Positions 25,382 through 36,340 of a DNA stretch of 64,000 bases are shown here, in pieces. Below the pieces are notes generated by a model. The model saw only the letters and a program-made list of their open reading frames with translations. It had not been told where the DNA came from and did not search any database. This stretch comes from Mytilus californianus (taxonomy: Eukaryota), in contig NW_026262701.1 in assembly GCF_021869535.1 (NCBI RefSeq), forward strand, positions 34,906,001 through 34,970,000, in the 5' to 3' direction. A program made the position numbers and the translations under genes. Position 1 is the first letter of the stretch; each line of letters opens with the position of its first letter.

Positions 25382-28300
25382 AGTCAAGCACAAGTCAAGT
25401 ATATATATATATACCAAGAAATTTGTTTTGCATAAAAATTGCGGTTTTTATCCAACGCAATCATAGGTTTGAACGTTGTTTTCAATTTATATATATATTG
25501 CATACAATACCTGAATCAGTTGGACAGCCAATTAGGTCAAAACGCATGGAGATATGTGATAGCCAGTTGATTGGATGGATTCTGACGTACTGAGCAATGA
25601 TTGGACATCCTAACATGTTTGTAACTACTGATTCCTCATCTTTTAAGTTTCCCGTAAACTCCTACAAAGTGGAGTATAAATGCATGTGTTATGAAATTCT
25701 CTTCATATTTAATATGAATGAATTTGACAATATTGTGATCAATGTTTAGTTTTCTAAGTTTGATTATATTTTTCGTATAAGTTCTTTTTTTATTGCTATG
25801 TATTTTACAGTGTTATTGTCTATTGCAGTCAATTTTCACAAACAAAAATGTGTGTTATTCTCCTAATAAATGTGTTTACATACCTGCTTATTCCCTTGTG
25901 GGTCTTTAATGAATTCATATTTTGCACCATCAATACTGTATGAAACAGCAAATTTCGTCACTCTCTCATGACAACACTTGGTGACTATATCTACATTTCG
26001 TCCTTGTGTCACTACGCCTCGAATAGTACTCACTTTGTTTAGTTCTACCTACATGCAAAATCATGAAACTTAATACTCCCGTATCAGTTTTGGGGCATAT
26101 TAAGCAATAAAAACATAAATAAAGGAACATAGGTCCTTATGAAATAAAAAATACATATCTAGTGTTCACCTTATGTCCATCAACAATGATAAAGCAACTT
26201 CACTATATGACAAGATTTTTGGTACAACAATATAACGCAAATGCATTCAATTTATCATTCTGTCTGTGACTGTCCAAAGTCAGGAGCTGGTAATTCAGTG
26301 TTTGTCGTTTGTAGCTGTATATCATATTTGTTTTTCGTTCATGATTTTGTACATAAATCAGGTCGTTAATTTGATCGTTTGAATTCTTTTGCAATTATCA
26401 TTTCGGGGCCTTTAATAGCTGATTATGCGGTATGGGTTTTGCTCATTTTTGAAGACCGATAGCTGTTAACTTCTTTGTCATTTGGTCTCTGGTGGATAGT
26501 TGTCTGATGGCAATTATACCACATCTTCTTATTTCTATATTAATTCAAAACTTTAAACCTGATACAGGACGGACGAACGGACGGATGGTCACAGATAGGA
26601 AAACAGTACGCCCCTTACTTTCGAAAGCTGGTCATGAAAAATTCAAATTTCTTAGAATTACCTGAATGAATTGATTTTTATCATTAATTGCTGCAGACCA
26701 TCCACCTCCTAGTACTGTACCATTCTGAAAGTCTATTGTTGGTGTATGTAATCGTGCTCGATCAGCTCTAAAGTTGTTAGAGGATCCATTTGTAAAGAAT
26801 GTGGACGCCTGGATTTGTGTGTTGGTCACTCCTTTCGGACCGGAGACAAGGTACTGGTGACACACTTGATGACCTGTTAATTACTCCAAATTGTTAAGTT
26901 TTTTCATAATGAGGCTGTTAAAAGTTAAATAAGCAAACTATGCGTCTTTAGTTCGTCATTTCAGGAACTACGTGTGTTAAAAACTTGATGGAGAACATTA
27001 AATTGGGATATTCCTTTCATATATTGTTATTTCTTTATAGTTTATTCATGACAATTTTATCTTGTGTAGATACATTTCCACATCATGTGTTCATCTACCC
27101 CGTATCCTTCCTTTAAAAAAAATCAAAGTTACGACGGGTGCCACATGTGGAGCAGGATATTCTTACCTTCCGGAGCACCTGAGATCACTCTCGGTTTTTG
27201 GTGGGGTTAGTGTTTGCTCAGTCTTTAGTTTTCTATGTTGTGTTTTGTGTACTATTGTTTTTCTTGTCGTCGTTTTTCCCTTAAATTATCAGTTTGTTTT
27301 TTTTCTACTTATGAGTTTGAATATCCCTAGGGTATCTTTCGCCTCTCTTTTACAATAAAGATGCATACATGTGTATGTTAAGATAAAATTGATGGTATTT
27401 TACCAATAAATGTCCAACAACGGATCTTTTGTGCCTATAAATGCCGAAACACTACTCCCATATGGTATTTCTTTCATTCATCACCTTTTTTCAAAAAACA
27501 ATATTAACTTTGCTGTGTTCTTACCTGTTATTGTTTTGGCTGTAGGTATATGAGTGGTTGGTCTTACCTGTAAGTAGTTTGACTGTAGTATAGTAGGTAT
27601 GCTTACCTGTAAGTGGTATTTGACTGTAGTATAGTAGGTGTGCTTACCTGTAAGTGGTTTGACTGTAGTATAGTTGGTGTGCTTACCCGTAAGTGGTTTT
27701 ACTGTCGGTTTGACTGTAGTAGCAGGTGTGGTTGTAGTTGTGGTGGTGGTAGTAGTTGTTGGGACTGGATCACAATCATATATGATATCTAAATATTTGG
27801 GTACATTCTGACATGGATCTTCACCAAGAAATTGTGTGGACGCAGTGAGTTGACAGACATCCTTATTATTACACGCCTGTGCTATTTTCCCGGTTACCCT
27901 TCCGGATGAATAGCAATTTACTGATTGATGACTTCTGCACACTCTCGTTGATGTTCTTCCAAAATTAACACTTCTAATTTGTATAACTTCTCCTGACTGG
28001 CAGGAAATTGATTTTGTTTGAAAGTCACATATAATTGAGTTCACTAAAATATAGAAAATTCAGAAGTTTAAAACCAACCTTTAATGAGACGGGGCCATAA
28101 GAAAGAAAATGTGCGTTTGCCTCAGTTATGGTTTACCAAAATTAAAACAATGAATGACACTTGTAATTTTAATGATACAAAACGTGGTTCTGTCAGTAGT
28201 TCTCGTTTTTATTATTAACCATATGCTTTTCGTCTGAGTTGCATGTGCGCACAAATGATCTGGATGGTACACAGTTTCTATGTCGATATTCTTAAAGTTT

Positions 28301-29428
28301 GATATTTTGGCGCTTATAAGCTACTCATGTTCAATCAAATACAAATGTAAATTCCAGTCTGAGTTTGCTACATGTGCTCTCAAATAATCTTGATTCATAA
28401 ACAGTTTCTGTGTCGACGTTCTCAATGTTTAATATTTGCCGCTTATGTTTAAAGTATATGACGCATTTCATTAGAAGATACAGTACATAGATATTCCTCG
28501 ATATTAAGGAAAAATAAAGAATTTTAAGGTTAAGTGACCTGTCACCTTACTTTTGTCGTCTGGTCTCTTAATGCCCATTTGGACTTTCTGCACGGTTAAA
28601 TGTTTCAAAGCTTTTCAAACTTTTACAAGCGTACCTGATGATGTCTGTAAACTCTAGAACTACAAATGTGATGATTGGGAAATTATGATTTTGAATTTAT
28701 TTGAATACTTACATGAGTATACAAAGGTTGGAAGACAAACTGAAAAAGAATAAAGCAAGTCAATTAGAATTAATAATTTTTCAGTGGATTGATGTTACTG
28801 AAACTCTTATCTCCATTATCTTGCGTCGATTGTAATTCTTTTTTTTTAATTGCTTTTTTTGCAGAAACACATTAAATATGACATTGAATGGCTCTGATCG
28901 CGTATGATGAAGTTACTCCAAACTTCTCAGAGTGAAAAATGGTCGATATTACACTTCGGAACATGTGCTGAGGCACTGAGTTATATTCTGATGAATTTTA
29001 GTTAAGTTTTGCCATTCTTATTATATAGAAATGGTTAACACAGCCTTAAATAATTATGTCTGTTCTTTAAATTTCTTGTTTTTCTGCTATTACGTTTTTA
29101 CTTCCTTTTTTGTCCCTCTCGGTGTTAATAACGAAGATAAAAATTAAAAAGCGCTTCGGGCTGTCTGGTTCTATTTACAACTGAAGCATCGTCATTCTAA
29201 CAGATTTTTTTGTCTTGCCTGAATTCATATATATTATTCGAAGTAACCTCTTATTATGACAAATATATAAATTCGTTGTTTGGAATTTAAAGAAATTTGA
29301 GATATATTTGATATGATCGTTATTGAAAAAAAACACAGCATTGTGTATTTCACGATATTCTTTCTAAAACAAAATATATTTAGAATTTCATAATTGTTGT
29401 ACTTACCAAAAATTAAAAAAAATTTCAT
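18752..29428 (-). CDS. Secreted multi-lectin mosaic protein (signal peptide, SUEL lectin, Thr stalk, F5/8 type C, C-type lectin, Asn/Gly-rich linker, chitin-binding type 2), 618 aa
   Basis: 12 GT-AG coding exons with matching phases: 29407-29428, 28713-28739, 27687-28043, 26662-26873, 25884-26048, 25511-25661, 23138-23295, 21552-21703, 21135-21259, 20553-20777, 19124-19195, 18752-18942 (1857 nt). Motifs: MKFFLIFVCLPTFVYS; FGRT...DPCQNVPKYL; GWSA...IRGVVTQGR...YVRIHP...MRFDLIGC; CPTGW...WIGL...NPDN...EHC...LNDVNC; CHYYLTC...RPCPVQLKFDDNLKAC. Confidence 0.88.
19790..19965 (-). mobile_element. 5'-truncated copy of the 472-714 SINE, nested in the ~300-bp repeat
   Basis: Homologous to 472-640, with an (ATTG)n tail and near-duplicated GATTGC(A/C)AATGA on both sides. 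Confidence 0.75.
22978..23020 (+). ncRNA. Degenerate type-I hammerhead, second family
   Basis: GUGUCA-CCAAUGA-GUC(AUUUGUA)GAC-GAAA-CAUGCG-UC/UGGCG. Core CUGA mutated and stem III palindrome broken. Confidence 0.55.
23502..23887 (-). mobile_element. (TA)n-flanked element with internal tRNA(Leu/Ser)-like Pol III module
   Basis: A box at 23630-23642 and B box at 23562-23574 (minus strand); (TA)n on both sides. Confidence 0.6.
24167..24797 (+). mobile_element. Non-autonomous element with internal tandem subunits (Helentron/HINE-like)
   Basis: 5' hairpin TATACCC...CGCAA..TTGCG...GGGTATA, (CCGT)n-like stretch, about 3 internal subunits of ~140-150 bp, 3' palindrome GTGAGCGCGCTCAC. Removal restores the host repeat. 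Confidence 0.65.
24882..24925 (-). ncRNA. Minimal type-I hammerhead ribozyme (identical to 12802-12845)
   Basis: Exact reverse complement of the 44-nt motif at 12802-12845. Confidence 0.85.
27125..27352 (+). mobile_element. Orphan Naiad-type 3' tail in a lectin intron
   Basis: Matches 32230-32455. Confidence 0.75.
27560..27720 (-). repeat. 39-41-bp tandem repeat, each unit containing a 5' splice site
   Basis: Donor-like C(A/G)G|GTAAG junctions with exon ends at 27687, 27648, 27607 and 27568. Confidence 0.85.
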
Positions 29429-30499
29429 GTTGATTATATAACAAGGAAACTAAGTTAAATCCACAAAGTATATTGTAAAAAGTTCGATCCTCTAAGTTGG
29501 TATTTTGTCACTTTTGTACGGTCATATCAAACCAGTGTTCACAGCCTTCTTGTCTCCGAACGTTCTAACTTAAGTTCTGATCACAGAAGAATTTATCCTC
29601 GTTTTATTTGTGACAAACCTACTTACCTTGGGCTATTTTTGTCAGGGGATGTGACTCGGGTGTTGTTTGTTTACACAACTTTAGGGGTCTATCTGGTAGG
29701 TAGTTTTATCAATCGCACTAGATTTGTAATGTGTTTAACATGAAAATCATTTGCAAAACAACACGATATTTTGTGTACTCCCCCGCACTACAGTAAATTA
29801 TTGTAAATTACGCAAATATGAATTATTGTGGTACACGTGGACCATGCAAAGTAATGCGGGTGGTCATTCTTTCGTGTAAATACGTGCCTGTTTTGCCATA
29901 ACTTTCATCTTTTTCAGATAACAGTTCAACTTCAATTGGTCCTCGAATGGCTTTGTTTTCGTATAAACTAATTATTTTAGTTTTAAACATCAAAACAAAC
30001 GGATTACGCTTTTAACCTCAAAAGAATGTTGTCATATTTGAAATGTTCAAATACGATAACTTTTACTTCGAACCTTCTGGTTTCATTCTTACATAAATAT
30101 CAACTCATAATGTACCATTGTCAAATATTTAAAAAACGTGAATTCTATTTTATATTTAAAATGAATGTTACAGTTACAGTGAAGGACACTATGCTTTCTA
30201 TGTCAGCAGGTGTAAGCACACTGGACTTACATTCAATAACAGTGCGATATTTTCTATATTATAGAGCATTCTTCTCTTCCTCTGACTGTGATTGGAAAGG
30301 GGATGGCTGGGTGCTCAAACAAACCTTGTAAGCATTGGTAAATGTTCGCGGGACTGTCCCAAGTTAGGAACCACGTCAGTAGTTGTCTATAGTTATGTCA
30401 TCATTTTTTTTATTTGTCCTTGAAGAAATTTGGTTTTGATGGCAAATATGTGTTAATCTGAGTATTATCTATTCACAGCTTTTCTAAGTTGGACGATTT

Positions 30500-30580
30500 A
30501 GAGACTGACGTATTGTATAGTTATTTAGACTGACGTATTGTATAGTTATTTAGAGACTGACGTATTGTATAGTTATTTAG
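30500..30580. repeat. ~25-27-bp minisatellite, 3 units
   Basis: Repeated TGACGTATTGTATAGTTATTTAGA(GA)C. Confidence 0.8.
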
Positions 30581-30994
30581 ATATCGTGATGATCTCTAGA
30601 TGTCTATATTCTATTTGCTTGTTTAACACTGTCACATTCTTTATGTGTCTGTCCCAAGTCGGGAACCTGGAATCAGTTTCACAAAAAAACTTTCGACTAA
30701 GATTGATCGTATGTATACTAAATTGTTCATAACTTACGATCAATCTTAGTCGTAAGTTTTTTTTTTGTGAAACCGACTCCTGTAGTTCAGAGGTTGTCGC
30801 TGGTTGCCGTCTACCAGAATTGTTGTTCGTTTATTGTTATAAGCTATAATCTGATCGTTATTTTTCTCTTTAAAACTGTTTTTCATTTTGTTAACCCTAG
30901 GCCTAGAAAGTTGGTCGTTGCTTTTCTCCGCTAAGCACACGACATTTAGAAATCCTGGATAATCATAGGTCTGTTCTATGTTCTTTTGGAATTT

Positions 30995-32455
30995 CAACCA
31001 AAGATGAAGAACTGGATCTTCCATCACTGTATTGGATACCTAAACTACATAAGTGTCCTTACAAACAACGGTATATTGCTGGGTCTTCCAAGTGCTCCAC
31101 GAAACCTCTTTCTAAATTATTAACATCTATTTTATCAGCAATCAAAGCCGGGTTCCAAAGTTATTGTGAAACTGCCTATTCTAGAGGTGGCGTGAATAAG
31201 ATGTGGATACTAAAAAATTCCAAAAGATCTTTTAGAGTACATACAATCTAAGACTCTCTCATCTTTCAATAGTATTAAAACATTTGACTTTTCTACACTT
31301 TACACAAGTATTCCCCATTCCAAACTAAAAGACAAATTGAAAGAGTTGCTATTACTTTGTTTCATTAAAAAGAATGGCGAACGTAGATACAAGTATCTTG
31401 TCTTGGGAGGGATAAATCCTACTTTGTAAGGAATCACTCTGATTTAAACAAAAAATTCTCTGAAACTGACATTATCAAGATGCTTGATTTCTTGATTGAC
31501 AACATATTTGTTACGTTTGGAGGACGCGTTTTTCAACAGACTGTCGGAATTCCAATGGGAACCAATTGTGCCCCTCTTCTTGCCGACTTGTTTCTTTATT
31601 ATTATGAGGCTGACCTCATACAGGAACTTCTTAGGAAGAAAGATAAAAAGTTAGCAATATCCGTTAACTTTACGTTCCGCTATATAGATGATGTTCTCTC
31701 ACTAAATGATACAAAATTTGGTGACTATGTTGAACGAATCTATCCCATCGAACTAGAGATAAAGGATACTACAGATACAGTTAAGTCTGCCTCATATCTT
31801 GACTTACATCTAGAAATTGACAATGAGGGTCGGTTGAAAACAAGACTTTACGACAAAAGAGATGATTTCAGCTTCCCAATTGTGAACTTTCTATTTCTAT
31901 GTAGCAACATTCCAGCAGCGCCTGCATACGGAGTATATATCTCCCAATTGATACGATATTCCCGTGCTTGTATTTCCTTTCATGATTTCCTTGATAGAGG
32001 ATTGCTGCTCACAAGGAAGCTATTAAACCAAGAGTTCCAAATGGTGAAGTTGAAATCATCCCTTCGTAAATTTTACGGACGCCATCACGAGTTGGTTGAC
32101 CGTTATGGAATAACCGTTTCACAGATGATATCGGATATGTTCCTTATGTCGTAACTACAATGCCCTTCCCTTTTCACGAATGTGACCTACTGAATTAGAC
32201 TATTTACCGGATTTGTAATAACATAAGCAACACGACGGGTGCCACATGTGGAGCAGTATCTGCTTACCCTTCCGGAGCACCTGAGATCATCCCCAGTTTT
32301 TGGTGGGGTTCGTGTTGCTTAGTCTTTAGTTTTCTATGTTGTGTCATCTGTACTATTATTTGTCTGTTTGTCTTTTTATTTTTGGCCATGGCGTTGTCAG
32401 TTTGTTTTCGATCTATGAGTTTGACTGTCCCTCTGGTATCTTTCGTCCCTCTTTT
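30995..32455 (+). mobile_element. 5'-truncated Naiad-type Penelope-like element (RT plus 3' UTR)
   Basis: LPSLYWIPKLHK...YIAGSSKCSTKP, GIPMGTNCAPLLADLFL and FRYIDD motifs; ORF 31480-32154; frameshifts upstream. Confidence 0.9.
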
Positions 32456-33580
32456 AGAAGTAAGACTTGTCGGTTCGGAGTCAGAATTATGAGTCTGGGT
32501 AGGGTGACATGACTTCCTGTTGACTCTTACATTGTGAACCAGCATGTCAAAAATCCGACTCAGAGTATCGGTCTAGTACAAAGCAGGGATTATTTTCTTA
32601 TCACATTAGCATGTTCCTCGTCCTGAATATGCATTTAATTTGCCACTGGACATTAAAAGCCATCCAGCCATCCATTATTTTTGGCTCACCTGGAATATTG
32701 GCTATGTGAGGTATTGCTATCACTTGGCGTTTGTCGTCGTCGTTGTCTTCCGTCGTTTGTTTTGAACTTTATAAAAAATATTCTTCTCTGAAACTACTGA
32801 ACCAATAAATACTAGTCATAGTCTGAAAGATCCTTGGGGTATCACCAAGTCTAATTTAGATAAGGGGGTTGTGCTCTGCATCTTGCAAAAGAGGATATCC
32901 AATTGTGTCGATTTGAACAAGAAAGGTCAGCAAATATCTGAACCGTTTTAATGAATAAAAAGTATTGCAAAGAATGTACTGTCACAGATAAAAGAGATAT
33001 TTAAAGGACCAAGTTTGCATACATTAACTATACATGAAATAGTAGAACACTCGCGCAATGCATCAGGATTCCGTTAAAATTTTAAACTTGTACTCGACTT
33101 CTGTTTGAGCTTTTGACAGGTGATCTTTCGTAACCTAGATTGTTCAACTGTTCACTTACAACTAGCGCATTGCAAGGATAATTATTTTGTCACCTGAAAT
33201 GTTATAATTTCAAAGTTTTCTAAAAAACGACTTGGTAGTAACATTGGGGACGATGATTTGTGTGTGACGGGGGTTGTGATTGTTATGTTAATTTGGTCCT
33301 AAGTTATCTATATTATAGTCTTATTACATTTATAAATAATGCAATTAAATTTATTTATCATCGCTTATGGCAACATTATTCTCAATGTTACATATTTTGT
33401 AATTCCGAACTTCAAAACAGAGCCTATCAATCACTTTTGTTTCAATGAAACAAGACATCAAATGCACCTGTTGAAGTACGAATTTGTTACATCATGACAC
33501 ATGACAACGATAAAATTTTGTCTGTATGTCTTGGATTATAATCTAAGTCACATAAAAGATACCAGGCTTATAATTTGGTA

Positions 33581-33616
33581 CGCCAGACGCGAGTTTCGTC
33601 TACACAAGACTCGTCA
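33581..33616 (-). ncRNA. Near-intact type-I hammerhead, second family, 5'-truncated
   Basis: (A)UGACGA-GUCU(UGUGU)AGAC-GAAA-CUCGCG-UC/UGGCG. First core C and the 5' strand of stem I are missing. Confidence 0.55.
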
Positions 33617-34429
33617 TTGGTTAAATCAATCTGTTTGTTAAATAAGCGTGTAGCTACCACTTGCAATATTGACAAAAACAAATGTGTTCGGATTTAAATA
33701 AAAAAAAAAAAAAACCGAACTCCAAGGAAAATTCAAAACGGAAAGTCCCTTATCAAATGGCAAAATCAAAAGCTCAAACACATCAGACGAATGGAAAACA
33801 ACGGTCATATTCCTGATCATCATTTGGAACACAAGCACAAAACATGTCATATTCCCTATTGTGACATATTAAATGAGTTTGGATTCGCATGGCTGATGAC
33901 TTATAAACAGAAGTAGGCGCCCACCTAGTTGACATATGTGTCTTCACTTCATTTATTCTAGTGATTATATTTTTAATGAATTAACGAAAGTTGAAATTCG
34001 ATTACTACTGTTGCCTCTGCTATATATATGTTATACACGTGCTAAAGATTGATGTATGAGGTGTTGCTTGCTCAACCTCCAGTAACTCTCAGGACGAGAA
34101 ACATTGACCCCTTACAGAATTGTTGAAGGGGGCCTATAACGCGTCGAGACAGCGTGACAATCACCAAACACGAGGCATCGAATTTTACGTCATATTCCGA
34201 CCGAGCGTGAATGTGTATTTATACATCCCACGCCGATGGAAACGGACCGTCCCGCTTTAGCGAGGGTTTTACTGCCTGTGAAGGAAACCACATGTCTATA
34301 CCACATTCAAACTATCGAGTAACGTACTAACAATGTTGATGTGCAAATATATAAATTTGAATAAAGACATTATATCTTTGCTAAAGGCAGGAATGAAACA
34401 AAACATATTAGGCATTAAGAAAGTTTGGT

Positions 34430-36340
34430 CTACAAAATTCTATTATAAATTGGATACAGACTTTATATACAAATATTAAAGAATGTGTAACAAATGATAG
34501 TTTGATCTCTGCGCCCTCTGACATTCATAGAGGGATTAGACAAGGCTGTCCGGTCAGCGCGATTATTTTCGTGATGGCAGTAGAAATCTTAGCATGTAGA
34601 TTGAGACAAGACAACAATATAAAAGGCATACAAATCAAATTAGATAATAAAACACATAGTTTAGAATTAAGTCAGCTAGCAGATGACACAACAATTTTTT
34701 GTTAAATCTAAGCAAGAAATTAAAGTAGCCCTAAATATAATTGAGATATTTGGTTCTTTATCTGGTCTTAAACTAAATAGAGATAAACCAGAAGGTTATT
34801 GGCTAGGGAATCTGAAAAGCAGTAGAGATAAATATGAAAATATAAACTGGTCAACAAAGCCAATAAAATGCTTGGGAGTATACTTTGGACATAACATGAT
34901 TGAATGTAAAAAACTAAACTTAGAAAAACAGCTAACTAAATCAGAGAAAATTATCAAAGACTGGTCTGGACGACTTACTATCTTAGGCAGAATACGTAAC
35001 TGTTGTAAAGTCTTTAATAGTTCCAAACTTAAACTTTTTAGCATCAATAATCAATATTAATAAAGACTACATATTAAAGTTTTAAAAAATAATATTAAAC
35101 TTTATCTGGGATAATAAAAGAGAAAAGGTTAAAAGACCTGTTGTTTGTACAAAGTATGCTAACGGAGGATCAAACATGATTGATGTAGATAAATATATTG
35201 AATCATTAAAAATAAATTGAATTAAAAGATTAGTTAACAATGATAATATGTTGCCAAACTGGAAAGTTATTAAAATAAGAAAAAATTATTTAATTTTCTA
35301 TATGAACATAGATAAAACACAAGATATAGAGAATTTAAAAAACAATGTAACACCCTTTTACTTCGAAATAATTAAAACTTGGGTGAAATTGAAAAAACAG
35401 TAGAACAGAAAAAAATCCCAAATATTTTTATTGAAATAAGAAAACAAATAATATGGTGAAACACATACAAAAAATTGAATGGTAAATGTCTAATCTATAA
35501 TCAATGGATTAAGAATAATATACTATATATTAATGATCTCCTGGATGATAATGGAGATATTTCTCATAATTTGATATTAAACAAACTATCATCTCATTGT
35601 AATCGGTTCGCAGAATATACAAAATTATGAAAGGCATTACCAAACCAATGGTTAAATTTACTTAAAGAAGAAATATCAAAGCGAACAAAAATTTACTTTT
35701 AAAAAAAAATTGGAAATAGTATGTAAAAATCATACAAAGTATGAGTTACAAAAAGTAACAACAAAAGATATATATAATATACTACTACAATCTAACATAG
35801 AAACACCAATAGGTTTTGTAAAGTGGAAAAATATTTTGCAAGTTGAAGATATTAATTTGAAAATAAAACACAATATACTGTTTATTTTTAGATATTTAAA
35901 AGATAATAAATTGAAAATATTGAGGTATAAATTGTTGCATTGGATACTGCCCTGTAAACAAATACTAGAAACTTGGAAAATAGTAGATACTCCTTTATGT
36001 AATATATGCAATATTAAAGAGAATTATGAACATTTCTTTATCACCTGCAAATATTTTAAAACTTTTTGGGAAAGTATTAGATTAATTCTTAATAAACTCA
36101 AAATTGGATATCACATTATAAGTTTAGAAAACCTAATATTTTGATATAAAATAACTGATGATGAGTATTATGAAATTAATTTTTTTATAACAGAGTAATA
36201 TTTAGTATAAATAAAGCATACTACTTATAAAAAGAAAAAGATGTAAATGTGTTCGCTATATTTAAGTATGAATGTCTGTCAAGAGTAAACCACTACAAAG
36301 CAATGAAACAAGAAGTAAGCTTTACGCTGAAGCAAAATGA
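34430..36340 (+). mobile_element. Decayed L1/Tx1-clade LINE (RT C-terminal half plus Cys-rich domain)
   Basis: GIRQGCPVS, QLADDTT, FGSLSGLKLN, IKCLGV and LCNICNIKENYEHFFITC across frameshifted ORFs. Confidence 0.85.

Noticed and set aside
28625-28665. CUGAUGA hammerhead-like start
   Set aside because: No stem II or GAAA follows.
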